A stretch of DNA of 63,007 bases, filler included, from Hausera hauseri (GCA_046269625.1; 12 parts of 12 records of this genome joined end to end with filler, not necessarily neighbours in it), one strand, 5' to 3'; counted from the first letter of the whole stretch, positions 34,601 through 46,895 are shown. Numbers and translations are program-made. Notes: generated by a model from the sequence alone, not told the origin.

Positions 34601-36849
34601 GCTCAGAACGAAGAAATTACCACTTATATAAATGAAGAGATTTATTCTCCGTTCGACGTACTCTCAGAAGAGACACAGATAATCATAGCTTTGATAGCAC
34701 AAGGAGTAGGCCCAATAGCAGAACACCCCTATTTAACCACTAACAAAATAATTCCAATACTCCGTGACATAAACAAGCTTCGCAAAGACCGTTATGAATT
34801 ATCAACTGAAGAATATGAACTATATACAGTAGCCAACCGTTTGGCCCAATTACCATTAGACAACAGAAACCCCGTAGCAATACTCGAACACTTACCGGAC
34901 AAACGGACAATGATTAACGATCTCAGACAAGCTTATGTAACTCATTTGAAATGGGAAAAGGAAATTAAACAATCCGATCTTATCCGAAAAGTTGCACTAT
35001 TAATGTAGCGGAATGGAATACAACTCTACCGAAGAAATAACAACTGTTTATCAAAGTAGCCAATACCAAAATCGTTTATGGGAGACACCCAACCATATTA
35101 GAAGAGAACTTATAACCTTCTACCTCGATATGTACAAGAAATATTTCGAACAATACCAGAAAGAATCAAGGTATGATCCTTCCACTCACTCCATGAGAGA
35201 TAACTTATTGCTAATCACCAGTTTTTAAAGCCAATTTTTTAAGGCGGCAATGCACGAGAGTAGATCATTCAGAGAGCGTTTCGAAAACGAACGAACCAAT
35301 TATAACTCAGGATTGAGAATATTTGATGAAATTATGAACGTATCCGGTTTAAAGCTTTCATGGTATGACCCTATGCATGAGTTAGCCAAAACTTGGAATT
35401 ATAGATGTGGAATAAAATCCATCCACTTCGAGAATCAAAAGCACGAATTAATAATTATGCATAAGTTACAACTATCAACTATATCACAATTGTTGGAAAA
35501 AATACGATTAATGGACTTATTAAATGTAAGACATGATATCAGTGCGAATGAAACACTCGTAATCGGATCCAGCATACATTATGAACCCTTATTTATAGGT
35601 AGCAGAGCTGAGCAAAACTTTTTAACAGGATTTCTCCGAGGCGATAAAGCTCCTTTGCCAGTCAGTCACATTAAAAGAGAAATTGAAAACGAAGTACCTG
35701 GAATAAAAGATTATGTTGATGACCACGAAGTGTATATTGTAATTAATTATCATGTTACTTTGTATGAATGGTTTGGATTAGAATTGAGACAACCATGTAA
35801 AGATGACATATATACACCATGTATTATAGCCTACTTAATAATGGCATTAAAAGATAAGCTTGACGAAGAAACGTTACAAACTATAGAAGAAAAAGAAGTT
35901 AAAATCTATGGAATAAATATTTAATACGAAAATTAAATCAAGAACTCACTAAACAGGATTACCATGATATATACTCATTTTGTAATATAAATGCAGAAGG
36001 ATTATCTGGCCGAATAAATACTATCCGATACCGCCTTGTATTTTGCTCATTACCAATACCAAATGAAAAAGCCGAAAAGTTTAAATTAGAAATAGAAAGA
36101 ATAATAGCAAAAAGAAAGTCAATTGAACGAAACATAATCAATGATTGGATAAATTTTATGACTAAACCCTTTGCTTTAGCAGCACCAATGCTTATACCAT
36201 TATTTCTAATTAAGAAAGCTAACGCAGAAACGACTATCAACATTAAAGTACCAGCTAACAAAGCAGTATTCTCTACAATATCCATACTAGAATACACTAT
36301 TTCCGCAATAATATTGACACGTCTAGTCAGTCTTATAACAGGAGCAATAATATTCTTCAACAAAAAAGTCAACCGATATAAGCGATTCAATTTCACTGGA
36401 CAAGACAACCAGTGGATTCATGATTGGAAGTAGCTTAATACCCACAGTTAAAGCCAGAACATGGAACAAGGAGGCATATGCATATAATCGAACGATGGAT
36501 ATAATATCACTAATGTTACTAGTATCATTCGTCCTTGCATTAGTTAGCTATATCGCCATATTAATCAAAAGGATTTATAAAATACGGAGAGAAATAAGAA
36601 GAATAGAGCAATTAATGCTGTATGTGGAAACAGAAAATGAGAAATCACCTCCCAAGTATGACGGCGTTTTAGGCAAGTCACCACACGTTTACAAACGAAT
36701 AGCAATACCTGTGGCCTTGTCAGCACTAAACGCAATCTCAACTGAAGCAAGTCTGTACGAATACGCAGTTATCCCTGCCTTACCAGTTGTGGATTACAAA
36801 TCATTTTATTACTAATGTTTCTAATTGGTTTAGCCAGTAGCACTGTAGT
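31647..36849 (+). pseudogene. Decayed giant polyprotein-like ORF of unknown type (probably from a mobile element or virus), with two diverged copies of a ~500-aa domain and signal-peptide/TM cassettes
   Basis: Nine consecutive + strand ORFs. 32850-34544 share one frame interrupted only by single TGA codons. The strand is visibly A-rich, and there is internal protein-level similarity between about 32140-33700 and 34600-36150. Confidence 0.7.
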
Positions 36850-37899
36850 NNNNNNNNNNNNNNNNNNNNNNNNNNNNNNNNNNNNNNNNNNNNTTAATTA
36901 ATTAANNNNNNNNNNNNNNNNNNNNNNNNNNNNNNNNNNNNNNNNNNNNTATAACAGAGGCCTTCGATGGTCTGATTTCTGACTATCATGTTATGAGTAT
37001 TCATAGGAAACGTAGTTACTACTGGGTCTTATAAATGAACAAGTTAAGCTCCGACATTGGTTTGTTCCTTTCTGCACAAAAATAAGGTGATATCTGTATA
37101 CACCAGTTCCGAACGAATTTATTGCGACCTGCATTGTTTTTTATCTTGTAATCTACCAACTATTGGATACACAATAAATAGGTTAAATATGCAAATTCGT
37201 AACAACAATTGAAATATGATCACGCCGTTCACGCTTATAGAGACTGAAACATCAAATTTCGATTGATAATTGTAAGATTAAATCAAAGAGGAATTTTTAC
37301 GCTAAATATGGCTCAACAAGAATTCAAATTCAAACGTGTAAAATGTTTTATTGCTTAAAACAACTCCTTTTTATTTCTGATGAAAATTGTACAACAATAA
37401 TAATATGCAGAATAAAATCGTTATCTACAGCAACCAAAAAATAACAAAATATCTCTACGAAGCACAAATGTAACAAAAGCATTTGGCAAAATTTCTATTA
37501 CCATTCGTGTTTGTAAAAAAACGAGCGAATCTAAAAAAATAACGCATCTGATAGTTACTCAATAAATAAAATTGACTACAAATGACGTTCAATTCTGAAT
37601 GATGAGTAGAATAGAGAAAAATATTTCCATTAACTAAAAAAATCCTAAAGTAAATTTCCACTGAAAACTATTCGTTTGTCTAGCCTACAAAACCAAATTG
37701 TGAATAACTCAAAATATGGGACGATCAAAAAAAACAAAAAGAATCCGAGTTGCGTAAATCGAAAAGACTAAAGTTCGGGCATAGACGATGATTCTGTTAT
37801 AAATAAATACAGCAAACTATTACATATAAAGCAAAAGAAAAGATCATTTTTATCCGACATATTTTCTGCGCTTCAATCGGAATCTGAAGAGAGTAATGC

Positions 37900-39290
37900 T
37901 GAGGAAATGGATGTTGATGATATCGATGATCAAACCGATGACGATATCCAGAAAAATGAGGAAATTGAGGATATAAGTTCCAACGAAAGTATTGACTCAA
38001 ATAACAAAAATGTGTTTGAACAAAAGGATAAAATTAGTCAAATTATTGTGCGCACTTTAAATCGACTATGTGAAAATCAGATGTCGTCTTGCCTGGATGA
38101 GATTCATAACATTTTCGACGAGTAACCACGGGGTATTGTACGAGATGTATTTATCAATAAAGCCATATCGTTTATGCAATTAGCAAATATTGATCAAGCA
38201 GCGTTTGTTACTTGTTTACACATTCGACTGTATAAACATACAAATTTGATCGCATTTTATCTGGAAAAATTGATGGAAAAGCTAATCGGTTTGAAGACAT
38301 CTGTTTGGCACAATTCGTCGGGATTGAACGAGCAAATCGGCGGATATTTGTTCATTGCGTACATTACTCGTCTCGAGATTGTCGATTCTCATCTCATTCT
38401 TGATGTCATGTTCGATCGAAATCACAAGCATCCATGGTCAATTTCTGTGTAAATACAATACTAAACGATGTTCTGAATTTGTATCTGCATTCAAAGAAAA
38501 AATGGAAGTTCAATGTATGTTCGAAGGCGACATAAGTGAATTAGAGTTATACCGAGGCTATTGTGGATAAACTCACAACAACATCCGCCAAAAACGACGT
38601 AATGTTCCAGAAAATTGTCAAATACAAAAAAAAATGATTAGTGTGGAGCAAGAAGACCGTAGGCGAAAGTATTTGTTTTCGTTTGACGGATTTCAAGGGT
38701 CCAAAGAGAGTGCGCTGGCGGCTAGTTGGTAATGCCATTAATCCTCACGTTACCGAGAACATCGATATAAAACGTAGAAATACATCTGGACAAACTGTGG
38801 CTTTTACCGACGAAGAAAACAATGGAACGAATCTGCAAACCAAATTGGTTTAATAACGGAAGGCAAACAATGGCTATTCCGTATTCTCATGCACGGAAAA
38901 CAAAGTGATGATGACGGTAATCTACGTTACATGATTGTCACAGATTATTTCGTTGTGAAAGACGTCAGTCGACAGCGTAGTTTTACCTGAATCGGAAATT
39001 GTTTCCGTTATCACTCGGTATTTTTCACTGGAAACCGATTTCTGTCAGTTTTACGTATCGGTACCGGCAAAACTGCTCGGTTTACATCGGCGATTTCGAC
39101 AGGTGATCAAATGTGTCATGTGGGAATTACTTGCGAAGCCAAAATTGGTCACATCGATGAAATCAAACTGTGGTCGTTGTATTGGGCAACTGATAATGGT
39201 TGCGGATATGCCTATCAATGTGCTTAAGAAATTCAATTTCTCAGACGATTTACCAGCACAAATCACTTTCATCAGTTATTTGGACCCTCA
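37900..39290 (+). pseudogene. NOM1: NOM1 (nucleolar MIF4G/MA3-domain protein) decayed copy
   Basis: Acidic tract, then IVRTLNRLCENQM...LDEIHNIF (MIF4G start), RWRLVGNA (cf. RWWIVGSA), and MA3 segment ESEIVSVI...FY...AKLL..HRRFRQVIKCVMWE...MPINVLKKFNFSD; many stops and frameshifts. Confidence 0.75.
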
Positions 39291-39884
39291 GTGAACCATT
39301 CAGGTTCACTGTTAAAACTTGAGCGAGAATAGTTGCAGTTTCGGGAATTGATTTTCGTTTCATCATTGTTCTCTTTTCGTTCGTCAACATTTGAATTGTT
39401 TCGACTCGTTCTCTCCGGTTTCGATTGGAACTTTCCATCTTTATAGGAATCTTTCGTTTTATTTCCCCGATTGGCATTTCAATTGAAACGCGTTCGATCA
39501 AAATTCCCTCCACCACAATTCGGAATACTATTCTGATACGATTTTCTGTAACCACCAGAATGGCCTTCTTTTCGTTTATTTGACACTTGACAACCATCAT
39601 TCCATTTGCTCCGTTCCGGTCATAAAATAATATCATCTTTTGTTTTATCAGGATTTCGAAAAGGTTTATTATCAAAATAATTATTGTTATTGCTTCTTTT
39701 ATTTTATAATGATTTTAAATTATCAAATGATTTAACCGGATCCCACTGACCAGAACTATTTACAAAATTTTTATCTAACCTTTGGCCAAAGTTTTGAAAG
39801 CTTACAACTTTGAAAGGATTTTAGTTCCTCTCTGGAATAAATTTTTCTTTGACTATTTCTATTTGAGGAACCATTATTGTCCAT
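39280..39884 (-). pseudogene. EIF4ENIF1: eIF4E transporter (4E-T) N-terminal fragment; its correct frame is not in the ORF track
   Basis: Manual translation from ATG 39884: MDNNGSSNRNSQRKIYSREELK (eIF4E-binding Y-x4-L motif), SGQWDPVK (cf. DGVWDPEK), DDIIL*PERSKWNDGCQV (cf. DVVLSPQRRSFGGGCHV), EPEWFTEGP (Cup homology domain); frameshift and stops. Confidence 0.8.
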
Positions 39885-40052
39885 TTAAAGTTTTTTCTAC
39901 CTAAAATGCACAAGTTACATACAGTAAAGCTAAATTTTCGGTTAGTTTTCACTCGAGTTGATAATTATTAATAGGTTGGGCCTATGTAGAAACAAATTGC
40001 TTACAAAAATTCAACAGTAAATACATGAACAAATTGTTTAAAGATTTGTTCT

Positions 40053-40291
40053 TGTAGCTTGAACAGATGCAAACGCTTGTTGGGGGACGGTGATTTTGAA
40101 TAGAGTGCTGGGCTACCTGTATTTAACAGGAAACAAACCAAAATTCAGTGGTGCTCGCTCCTGTCGACGAATCTTGGAAAATTTTCGAGGCGGGGAATCG
40201 GGCCCAACTATGGATCCGACGCGACGGCAAAGGACACCCGGCTGCGTCCGACCAAATAGGCCAAAAGACACCGGCCGCTGTTGGAACCACA
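40053..40291 (-). repeat. LTR copy of the Gypsy family at 52639-52823; left boundary uncertain
   Basis: TGTGGTTCCAACAGCGGCCGGTGTCTTTTGGCCTATTTGGTCGGACGCAGCCGGG aligns with the LTR starts at 52823(-) and 61003(+); no clear TSD. Confidence 0.7.
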
Positions 40292-42171
40292 GTTAGCTTC
40301 CCACGAAGATTAAAACCATGAAATACATAAAAAGGAATGTTTTGATTACGATTGTAACCAAAGCAATCACTGAAAACAGAACTGTGGATTTTTGCCAGCA
40401 TTTCGAGCTGAGGAAATGCAGTGGCAGGATGACTTAAAATGAAAGATATAGTCTCTGGTATTATTCTGGGACAAACTTCAAGGGTCAGTGATTTGAGGGG
40501 AAGTGTGGCGGGTAATTGGTCGTCATTTTCTGCATTACTGTCAAACGGATTTATGAGTTTATTCCCAATGGGATATGGCCACTTCCTTGGAGATCACATC
40601 ATGGGATCTTAGACATTAATAGCATGGCGAAGATGAAGTGATATGAGTTTCGGAGTGATTTTCATCAATGCGGCTACTCCTCTACCTGTTGTCTTACAAA
40701 TAGGTAGACTATGATCTGACGAGTCATGAAACCCCAAATTATGAATTTCATCACCAGTCAGCATTGACTGAAACGGATCTTGATAACCCAAGATGACACT
40801 CTCCAATTTCTGCATAGTAACTTTGGAGTTTGCCAAAGAAAGCATTAGGAAATTCCTTGAGTGTGAAGCTGAAAGAGCAAGATGATTTAACGAAGAATGC
40901 GAAGACAGAAGAATAGCAGCAACATCAACCTCTCCGAATTCCTTGTTGATAGATAACACCAAACTTTGAAGATTTCTGAAACATCGATGACCCTGATCGA
41001 TAACGAGAAAGAAATTTTCAAATAAGCCTTCGACTATTCTAGCGGACACTAATTCTAATCTGTTGAGTTGTGGTGACCTAGCTAAAGCAGTAAATATGCG
41101 AACATATCGCATTCCTCTGATTGGGCCGATACAGTTGTTCATGAGAAAGGACTGAATCTTTGGTGCTTGGAAGTTTGTAAATGGATCAGGAGAGGAGAAC
41201 TTTACCCATTTTAAATGGAGATATTTGATATTTTTCAACCGTGGAAGATTCTGGATACAAACTGAAACGAGATCCAATTTGGTCAGATTGTTTATCGTTG
41301 TAGGAATAAAAAGTTTCTCGTGGGATGGCGGAATCAGAGTCACTAAATTCACAATCGGACTCTGATTAATTGGTTGAAAGGGCGGCAGACCATGGCCGAT
41401 TGGCACGTAGTCCATTTGTTCCGACGACCCAAACCACGAATAATTGAAGAAATTCATATGTAAATCTCGATACTGTTGCAAACTCGCAATGTTGCATAAT
41501 GATTTCAAATCCATTAGTTTATTGTACATGCCGTATTTGGAAGGAGACTGGCGTAAATCGGGATTATCGTAGAACTGTTGTAGAGCACCTTGGTTGGTAA
41601 TACTGGAGCTTTTCACAATAAACGGATTGGCGTATTCATCTTCCCAACTGTACGAACGATTACGAAACATACCGTGAAATTTCACCCTATTCAGTGAGTG
41701 AACAATGTGACTCATCAATTCCAAATCCATTATTTCAACGGAACGTAATTTCGTACATTGCCGTAATGCTAACATAATTCCACTGTACGTTAAGGAATTA
41801 TTTATTCCGGGAACATCTTCGATTTTCCGTGGGTAAAATCCGAGGATATGAGTAACTTCAGGAGTTTTAATCATAATTCGTTTCAATACGGAATCATTAA
41901 GGCAATCCGGTAAAAATGCAAACGGAAGGCCACAACTGAAATTGATCCGTTTAACCATTAATAAATGATTCTCGACAGATTCTTTAAAACGCTTATTGAC
42001 TCGTTGAATACGAAATAAATCCTGAATGGGAAGGTACTGAAAAATTCGATAGTAAATTTCAACTGGGAGAAGTTCGAGATTTTTCGTTCCAACAACGGAT
42101 TCCCGTAATCGGCACTTGACTTTTTCCAGTCGAGCACGAGAACGTAATGGGTAACGCGGTTTGAGAAACAT
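40292..42171 (-). pseudogene. FBXO38: FBXO38-like F-box protein: 520 open codons, then two in-frame stops, then truncation by an LTR
   Basis: F-box LPVEIYYRIFQYLPIQDL; FBXO38 signatures G.FRNR, LHLKWVKF..P.PF..F, MNNC.GP; the same frame continues past TAA/TGA (LKSLTLEVCPRI) up to the LTR at 40291. Confidence 0.85.
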
Positions 42172-44129
42172 TGATTCATTTTCTTGAATGTCGGATGATT
42201 TTTTTGTCTGATGGTTTTCGGTAAAGACGTTCTTTGATGGTTTAATAATTTTCTTTGATTGTTTATGTTTGGACTTAGTGATTTTATGACGTGTATGGCG
42301 ACTGTAAACAGATTTATTCTAACGAGATGTTGATGGAGTGGAAAATGGGATATTTCTCGTTTCTAACTGTGAAATCATCTCAGTCGTTTTGGACCGAATC
42401 GAATTGTAAATTCTGAATTATGACACCATTGTGGGTAGGTTGTATAAATTCATTTGATCAAAAAACAAAATACGAAGAACTTGCCAAAATTCCTTTATAT
42501 GAAATCGTCCTAATAACCTTTACTAACTTTTACAAACAATCAATATATTAACTATCAATAACTTTGCAGTAATTTATTTTCAATTTCTGTTATATTGTAA
42601 ATGTATGCATTACTGACCAAGATAACTGAAACATTATTATAAATATCGCCTCTGACTGACTGTAGACTTATGTTAATAAGGGAATACTCCGCTGATGATT
42701 TCATTTTTTCTTTTATTTTTGGCAACTAAATGATTTATCATGAAAAAGTACATTTAACAAATCTTCCCAATGGCTTTGAAGTATGATGCAAAGATATTTG
42801 TTAGCGATTGGACCTTTCAGCTTTGATACAAAACCTCATAGAAGCACAAATTGACACAGAAACGGTGTAAGAAGAATTTTCTAGATTTCAGAAATAAAAA
42901 TCGATGGCCTCCAAATTATGGTAAATTCGTACACCATATGAAATGGGACATAGAGCGATCGACGAAGACTAATTGAAGAGCTGAAAGAAATCCAACCATG
43001 TGCGATTATTCTAATGCTGTAGGCTAATTGAATATTTCGGGACGCCATCATGTTCTCAACACGGTGATTTAGATCTTTCAGCAGGCCATGTAGTGCATCC
43101 CAGTAAAAAAAGACAGTCTGAGAGAATCACCATAGTCATCTGCAGTGGTGCAGCCACACAAGCACAAGACTCAAGCTGTATAAAAGTCCCGGGGTGCATC
43201 AAAGCCATTGCAGTTTATTTTCATTTCAACAGAGGTAATTGTGTTATTTGTGCGGTACACGTACAGAAAAATGAGGAGACCATTTGTAATGACATAAACA
43301 TCAGAGCAAGTAAATAAAGAAACTTGCTTCATTCCCCCAACCCATTTTGGCCAGACTGTTGGCATTTTCAGATAGGAAGTCAATAGCTCTTTGTGAACGT
43401 GAGAAAAAAGGTGAGAAAAGAAGTGCTAAGCAGGGTAAAAAAAAAAGTTGTGTCTGCGCACAAGTGGGTGTGTGTGCTTCTGTTTAGATCACAATGACTC
43501 ACCGTGATCAGATAATTATCTCCAAGGGATGTTTTCCAGGTAGAACTAATGTCAGAAGGTACAGACAGAAAGAACAGAGAAGCAGAACTGATCGTGTATT
43601 TCCCTAAATGGATGCTGATGTTTTCAACAAATGAAAAAATTCAGACAGCCTGAAAAATGGGAGTAAAAATCATTTTACTCTAAAACTCAAGCCTAAGAAG
43701 CGGGTAAAGCAGCGTTCATTGACCACCAGCCACCACTTTGCATGACAAAACTTTTAAACAAAGACGATCTGTTAGCTCCTACAGTTTGTCTTGAGGATGA
43801 CTCTTAGCTAACAACATACTACAGTCTTATTTTATGTTCTTACAGTGTGGTCCTCACCTGACATTTCCCTACTCTTTCTTCAGAANNNNNNNNNNNNNNN
43901 NNNNNNNNNNNNNNNNNNNNNNNNNNNNNTTAATTAATTAANNNNNNNNNNNNNNNNNNNNNNNNNNNNNNNNNNNNNNNNNNNNGATTTGGTTATTTTC
44001 GACACTATATAATACCCGTATCTCCGTCGGATATTTATCAGTCAGCCTAAAAACCATAATTGGTGTCAGAAGTATACAATAATATTGGTTTGAATAATCC
44101 TTTCAATTTGTTGCTGTCGTTAATCGTAC

Positions 44130-45860
44130 ATGGATGAATCTAAACTTATTATTACTCTAAGCAATATTTTGGCTATGACAATTTTAAATAATCTATTCCG
44201 AAAGACGCTATTAGAAGGCCAGGTAAATCTCTATGTTATCAGTTACAAGCTGTATACAACGGAAGTGGTGTGACAATAGTTATTAGTCTTCTGTTGGCAC
44301 TGATTAACTATCAAATACTGAATTTAACACGACATGGAATTAATGCTGCTACTATCAATTCTAAATCCAATGCAAAGGATCGACAAGCTGTTATTGCGGA
44401 TTTAACAACTGACACATATTTCAACAAAGGTTCTAAAATTCGATTGTTGTACGTTACTTCAAAACAACGCCAAACTGGCACATTCCGCGATATCGTCGGC
44501 AAATTTGTTAAACGAAACAAATTAAATTATTTTGTTATCGATGAGGCCCATTGCCTGTCGGAATGGGGGCACGATTTCCGGCCGGATTACTTGAAATTGG
44601 GCAAACTCCGACTGGAACTATTGAAGGATGTTTCGTGTTTGGCATTGATAGCAACTGCGACTGGACGTGTGGAATTGGACTTTGTCACTACGTTGTGTTT
44701 TGGTAATCATCGAGTGTTTAAAATACCGGTTTTGCGAAATAATTTGTTTTATGATATTCAATTTACCGATTTGATTGAAGTCAGAGAAACACACGTTTGA
44801 TTATCTGATGAAATCAATGGGAAATCCCAAATTGCCTTTGGATAATTGGAACCCAATTGGTTCCTGCATTGTGTACTGTCGAAAACGTCATGACTGCGAC
44901 GAAATATCGGCAGTATTGACAAGATTACGTCTTGAATCAAAAGCATATCATGCTGGTCTCAAAGATTCACTGAGAAAGATATCCAGTCTTACTGGTCGAA
45001 TGGTAAATTTCCCGTCGTTGTCACAATTTCTTTCGAAATGGGCGTTGATAAACCGAATGTCAGAGCGGTTTGCCACTGGACAATTCCGAAAAGTTTGACG
45101 GCGTACTATGAAGAATCCGATAGAGCCGGAAGAGATTGGAAAAATCTTGGTGTCGAATTTACTATGATCCGAGTGAACACAATAAAATACTTTGTTTGAT
45201 CAACATGGGTAAGAGTAAAAGTAAAGGAAAAAAATCCAATGGCTCACAACAATGCAAGAATACACAGAACAACCGAGCTGTCGACATAAACGACTTGCCG
45301 AACATTTTAACGATAATTTCACCAATTGCGAAACACTGATTTTTGCACGAACAAAAATGGCGCTAATATGTTAGCATCTCGATTCGGATCAGTGAAATGT
45401 GGTTTGAAACGTTCGGCAAAGGATACCCGTTTGGATAACGATGATGATGGCGATAACTATTATGTTCGCAAAAAACGATCCATTTGCTGATTGGAAATGA
45501 GAAAAATTTACTTGACAAACCTGATCTATCGGAAATGGCCCATTTTGTCCGACAGGTATTATGGAAACGAACGAACGGAGTTCTGAAAAAAAACGATAAA
45601 AATCGAGCTCCAGACGGAACGTGTTTAATCGATCCCGGCAGTGAAGCTATTGTCGGATTAATCAGATCGTTTCGCCACCAAAATTTGAATCGATTAATTC
45701 AAGATATTTGAAAGAAATTCGAATTATTTGGTGAAACAATAACCGATGAAACAATTCAGTTAACAACGAAGTATGAGTATAATGTTCTCCAGACGTCAAA
45801 GGTGCCTTGTGTATAACGGATGAAAATGCTGCAGATAATTGACACGATCACGAAATGCGG
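44130..45860 (+). pseudogene. RECQL5: RecQ5-type helicase, decayed and apparently intronless copy
   Basis: [69 protein letters not shown], and a KIX/IRI-like EYNVLQTSK tail; deletions and frameshifts. Confidence 0.85.
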
Positions 45861-45957
45861 ACAGAGTGTTGATTAAATTCGAGAATGCCTACAGACCGAA
45901 TTGAATTCTGATTCAACAGAGAAAACGATATCAAATGTGCCACATATCGGTTACAGA

Positions 45958-46101
45958 AATTTCATCTGTGACAACTGCAAACATCATCGCTATCCACGGT
46001 ATGGTGAAATCGGATTTTGCAAAATAATCAGTTACCGTTGGTGGCCATGTGAAATCATCCATCCACGAAATTCCCCGATGAACATTTTAAAGCTTAAACA
46101 G
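45958..46101 (+). pseudogene. NSD1/2/3-type PHD end plus PWWP domain fragment
   Basis: FICDNCKHHRYPRYGEIGFCKIISYRWWPCEIIHPRNSPMNI matches NSD C.DC..GKKP.Y.EIVWVK.G.YRWWPAEICHPR.VP.NI. Confidence 0.75.
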
Positions 46102-46137
46102 CCCGATGCATATACCAACGGTCACCTAACTAAATCG

Positions 46138-46530
46138 GATATCATATCAAGAGTACAATGGTATGCAACACCTCCAACTGGCTATTTGGTACCTTTTTCT
46201 ATGACATCGAAAAAGGTCGTTCTCACTGCACTAGCGAATGTTACCTGTAAAGATTCGATCATTTATATTAATGTTTTAAGGCAAATTCAACAATATTCCT
46301 TTTCCGGTCGTGATGCTACGGACAGATGTTTTGATATGCCACATAACTTTTTGATCGATGAATCTGGAAATATCTGTGAAGGACAAGGATGGAACTTGCG
46401 ATCAGCGACTGTACTACAATGGAACGATCAAACTATAGCTATTGTTTATATCGCCAAACGATTGATCGCATATGATGTTGAACATAACCATCTAATCAGC
46501 AACTATACTCTTTTTGTTCAGCAGGATCTT
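46138..46530 (+). pseudogene. Peptidoglycan recognition protein (Amidase_2 fold) fragment with a non-catalytic pattern
   Basis: IISRVQWYATPP, LRQIQ, DMPHNFLIDESGNICEGQGWN, WNDQTIAIVYI, LISNYTLF; the Zn-binding HHT motif is replaced by LTAL. Confidence 0.75.
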
Positions 46531-46895
46531 GGTCGCAACAAAGTAGAAATCCTGAAATTATTATCAATGGAATACCGCATAACGTTTCTATTCACGGCGA
46601 TATTTGTAGGTTGTTTATAAACAATGAAATCATTTCAGTTCTGAAACTACATCCATTGACCCCTATGCACTCATTTCAGCCGTTTCACTATCACGTATTA
46701 CCGCTACAAAATGTGCAATATCAATTAAACAAGCGAACGTATCTACCGAATGTATTACGCGGTTTGAGGGGAAACTTGGCACCCTGCATTTTCGTGCCCG
46801 CCATGCCGGGGCGGAGGTTCCGACCGCCAACCCTGCGCCGGTCGGTCGGACGGCGCCTTCTGCGTCGGCCCCACATCACGCCCCAAGGCCCACCA

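Noticed and set aside
31647-36849. Alternative genetic code (TGA=Trp) explaining the broken ORFs
   Set aside because: TAA/TAG stops and frameshifts also occur, and TGG is used for Trp; neutral decay is the simpler explanation
39250-39675. 141-aa minus-strand ORF as a gene
   Set aside because: It is the wrong frame of the 4E-T relic
40170-40291. GC-rich repeat as a tRNA, SINE or structured ncRNA
   Set aside because: The 52823 copy follows integrase and a PPT and starts with TG, which identifies it as an LTR; no cloverleaf or A/B boxes seen
46751-46885. Minus-strand PPT + LTR (GGGGCGTGA-TGTGG)
   Set aside because: Only the last ~9 nt resemble the other LTR junctions, and the segment reads as the ATG-initiated leader of the + strand Ubl-Gag frame. 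Not fully excluded
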